NCBI GenBank assembly: GCA_902763555.1
Contig: CACWSI010000005.1
Location: 1-50,892, forward strand
Direction of reading: 5' to 3'
Length of the DNA stretch: 50,892 nucleotides
Origin: an uncultured Erysipelotrichaceae bacterium
GTDB taxonomy: Bacteria > Bacillota_I > Bacilli_A > RFN20 > CAG-826
Every line of letters begins with the position of its first letter. The first letter of the stretch is position 1. Below the pieces are notes generated by a model. The model ran no database searches and was not told the origin of the DNA. It worked only from the letters and a program-made list of their open reading frames with translations. Shown here in pieces: positions 44,657 to 50,892 of this stretch. Position numbers and translations under genes: made by a program.

Positions 44657-45353
44657 ACATTGGTTGAACAGGATTGTTTGGTTGTTGAGGTTGTTGTGGT
44701 GGAGTGTTTTGATCAAAGTTATCTAAGCTCTTTTCAAACACTTTCTTAGAAAGCTTAATCGCTCTGATGGTTCTCGCTAAATAGGCTTGAGCAGCGATGA
44801 AATACCATGTGCCACCGACGACCATACAAACGATATAGACATAACACCAAATAGCATCAACTGAGAAGTGTGGTTCATTAACAAGTGGTGGCCACTTCGC
44901 TAATAAAGTTAAGCCCCAAATCTTTGTGTATGAATCTGGATCTTTAAAGTCCCAAACCCAAAGTAGTGTACCAAAGCCTGTACCACCTTCATTTTTAGTG
45001 CCGTTATTGTAGTTAAGCAAGTCATAAGACCAATCTTTAGTAATAGCGTTTCTAATAAGAAGAGTACCAACACCCACAAGGATGATAATAATTGGTATCC
45101 AAGCTTGTTTTAAGAAGTGACGAATATTCTTTTTCGCAGCATATTTTCTTAATTGGTGAGGTGTTTTAACAATGTGATTAGTGACAACATCACTCACTAA
45201 AGTATCACATTTCTTACCTTGCCATCTCATTGTTCTAACAATTAATGAACCGAGCAAACCGATGATAACGAAAAGAAGAATAATCGCAAAGAGAAGAGCG
45301 ATAATTACTCTTTTGTCATTTTCCGTTAACTTAATTAATAAATTAAAATTCAT
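44655..45353 (-). CDS. Hypothetical membrane protein (3 TM)
   Basis: 232-aa ORF with ATGA overlap with the upstream gene; Gln/Pro tail. Confidence 0.75.
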   Translation of the reverse strand: MNFNLLIKLTENDKRVIIALLFAIILLFVIIGLLGSLIVRTMRWQGKKCDTLVSDVVTNHIVKTPHQLRKYAAKKNIRHFLKQAWIPIIIILVGVGTLLIRNAITKDWSYDLLNYNNGTKNEGGTGFGTLLWVWDFKDPDSYTKIWGLTLLAKWPPLVNEPHFSVDAIWCYVYIVCMVVGGTWYFIAAQAYLARTIRAIKLSKKVFEKSLDNFDQNTPPQQPQQPNNPVQPM

Positions 45354-46033
45354 CGTTTACCCCAATCATCAAAATTTATATTCACACCAGAATCGGTGTC
45401 ATCATCTTCATCAATTGAATATGTATCATCAGTGGTGCCTTTTGGTCTATAGACTTCAAGTTCTTCCTCTTCTTCCACTGGTTTATTATCTTCTCCAAAA
45501 GGATCTAAGAAATCATCTAATGGATCTTCATGGTCATCAGGAATTAATTCCTTAACAGGTTCAGGTTTGACCTCTTCTTCCACTGTTGGTTGTGGCGCAG
45601 GTGTTTCTTCTACTGACGCTGCTTGTATGGGAGCAACCTCTGGAGCGGGTTCTTCTTCAAAGACAACTTCTTCAATAGTGGTTTGTTGTCTAGGAAGTGG
45701 TGTTTCAGGAGTTGGTTCTTCTAAGAAATCATCTTCATCATATGTTTCTTCGTAGAGAAGTCCACCTTGACCTTGGTTATTAACTTGAGGTTGTGGTTGA
45801 GGTTGAGGATTATTTTTCGCTTCTTCCGCTTCCTTCATAAGTCTTAATTCTTTATCTTCAGGTAGTTCTGGGAAGAACTTTTGACCAGTGAAGAAATAGA
45901 AAATAGATTTAATGAGTTGGAAGATAAACGCTAATAAGCCAATCACAGCAAAAATCGCCAATGCCACCAAGAAGAATGGGAAGCAAAGGATGTAAAGAAT
46001 TCCGCGACCGAATGCCTTAAGTAAATCTACCAT
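45350..46033 (-). CDS. Membrane-anchored protein with acidic Pro-rich disordered tail
   Basis: N-terminal hydrophobic segment followed by Glu/Asp/Pro-rich low-complexity sequence. Confidence 0.75.
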   Translation of the reverse strand: MVDLLKAFGRGILYILCFPFFLVALAIFAVIGLLAFIFQLIKSIFYFFTGQKFFPELPEDKELRLMKEAEEAKNNPQPQPQPQVNNQGQGGLLYEETYDEDDFLEEPTPETPLPRQQTTIEEVVFEEEPAPEVAPIQAASVEETPAPQPTVEEEVKPEPVKELIPDDHEDPLDDFLDPFGEDNKPVEEEEELEVYRPKGTTDDTYSIDEDDDTDSGVNINFDDWGKR

Positions 46034-46045
46034 GGTAATAATATT

Positions 46046-46939
46046 TTAATTATTAATTTGCTTAGATAACAAGATATTTTTAATAAAACTTGTCAGTCCA
46101 GTTGCAAGTGGAAATAAACCAAATAACATGAAGCCCACTGGTTTATCAATTTTAGTGAAAAAGATCACAAAAACGATAAAAGAACTAACCATCGTAATGC
46201 CTAATAAAACATAAGCAAAAGTTCGTTTGGCGAGAATGATATCTATTAATAGGAAAATAGCGAAATAGAACGATAGCGCCACAAAGGATAATGACATAGG
46301 TCTATAAGTAAAAGCTAAGATAGTGGCGACCACTAAACAAGCGAATAAACCAATGACATATGGAGTAAAAGAATTGACACGGGTATCAGTTTCTACACCA
46401 AGTTTCTTAATCTCGGTTAATAAAACAAAGTGAGTAATAGAACACTGTGTTAAAGCGATAAAGAGAATAAATAGATGCATCAATTCTTCTTTAAAGGCAA
46501 ATTCGTTTAAATGGAAAATGGTTAAGAATGTCTCAACCATATCGGTATTTGTCATTAAGTTGATTAATGGAATAAAAGCATATGTTAAAGCCACTTCAAT
46601 TAAAGTAGAACTTAATATCATCCAGAAGGGGTGAATCTTTTTATCTAAAAGTAGGCCAATCACAAAGCCAGAACATAATGCTGGGACAATATAGAAAATT
46701 GTATCAGCGATGTTAAAGATCATACATAATCCAATACTCGCTACAGCGTAGATGATGTAATATCTTTTCTGACAGAAATAAGAAACAACTCCACTAACAA
46801 ATGGCAATAATAAGATAAGTAAAACCATTAAAAATGGCACATAAGTATCAAGGACGATAAAAATGAGATTTATCGCAGTCATGATGGCCATATATGTAAT
46901 GTTATGAACTAACGTTGTCTTTTTAGAAAAAAGCGCCAT
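46046..46939 (-). CDS. Polytopic membrane protein (DUF2232/YybS-like)
   Basis: About 9 TM; N-terminal ITYMAIMTAI...P..L.LP pattern. Confidence 0.6.
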   Translation of the reverse strand: MALFSKKTTLVHNITYMAIMTAINLIFIVLDTYVPFLMVLLILLLPFVSGVVSYFCQKRYYIIYAVASIGLCMIFNIADTIFYIVPALCSGFVIGLLLDKKIHPFWMILSSTLIEVALTYAFIPLINLMTNTDMVETFLTIFHLNEFAFKEELMHLFILFIALTQCSITHFVLLTEIKKLGVETDTRVNSFTPYVIGLFACLVVATILAFTYRPMSLSFVALSFYFAIFLLIDIILAKRTFAYVLLGITMVSSFIVFVIFFTKIDKPVGFMLFGLFPLATGLTSFIKNILLSKQINN

Positions 46940-46995
46940 ATAGTTATTTTACTATTTTTTGTGTAAGAAAGCACAAAAACCCGTATACTAATGCT

Positions 46996-47448
46996 ATGAA
47001 ATTATCAAGATTCATTGTTCCTATCTTAAGTTTTAGTTTATTAACTGCTTGTTCACAAAGTGAAAATTCTAGTGAATCTTTTAAAGCATATAAAGATTTT
47101 GAAGTAGTGGCTAATAACTCAATTACCTGGCCAGAAATCTTAAATCAAGAAGAGAAAAGCTACATTATATTCTTTTATTCTGAGACCTGTGCTTATTGTC
47201 ACGAAATGCAACAAGAAGTCATAGATTTTGCTATCACGTGTCCACTAAAAACCTATTTTTTGAATACTAGTGAAAACACTGTTCCTATTAAAGAAGATAA
47301 GGTAATTAACGTTAAAAACTATGAAGAAGCCTCAATTACTGGTGCACCCACAATTTTAGAAGTGAATGATGCCGTAGTTACTGATAATATCGCAGGTATA
47401 GATGACTGTCTAACATACTTAAATGTCCAAAGAGTGAAACAAAATTAA
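46996..47448 (+). CDS. Thioredoxin-fold lipoprotein
   Basis: Lipobox LLTAC; FFYSETCAYC and cis-Pro loop GAPT. Confidence 0.8.
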   Translation: MKLSRFIVPILSFSLLTACSQSENSSESFKAYKDFEVVANNSITWPEILNQEEKSYIIFFYSETCAYCHEMQQEVIDFAITCPLKTYFLNTSENTVPIKEDKVINVKNYEEASITGAPTILEVNDAVVTDNIAGIDDCLTYLNVQRVKQN

Positions 47449-47498
47449 CTCTTTATTGCATGTAGGCACTTTTCTTTGTAATATATTGTTAACAATAT

Positions 47499-50892
<3,394 letters not shown>

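Overview
AT-rich chromosomal segment (genetic code 11; TGA is a stop) from a low-GC Firmicute. Gene content suggests a reduced-genome, Mollicutes-adjacent gut/rumen Bacilli lineage (inference). Housekeeping blocks (gdpP-rplI-dnaB-yycJ-rlmH; ung; DUF402-tsaE-tsaB-rimI-tsaD-asnS; pcrA-ligA; tmRNA) alternate with a dispersed surface-anchored carbohydrate/phosphate-scavenging set: lipoprotein mutarotase, lipoprotein SGNH esterase, class II xylose isomerase, triple CBM-like lipoprotein, two tandem lipoprotein PTP-like phosphatases, AraC regulator and a membrane-anchored GH3. The strongest novel signal is an unannotated 18-aa Tyr/Phe-rich leader peptide (MKRAFYYFYSYYYPRGNQ, 30937-30993). It carries a complete set of alternative hairpins and a terminator ahead of a TrpXYZ-like aromatic amino acid ABC transporter, i.e. 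a ribosome-dependent attenuator where Firmicutes normally use a T-box. Other notable items: an HTH-TrpB fusion without trpA; an unusual tmRNA tag ending LCLA; a TPP riboswitch-controlled ThiT with an extra membrane domain; a large insertion in the ABC ATPase; two nearby genes broken near their 5' ends; an orphan RelB/DinJ antitoxin behind tmRNA; many apparently leaderless genes; and a recurrent CGCG-centred promoter motif. No CRISPR array, rRNA, tRNA, integrase or transposase was seen.
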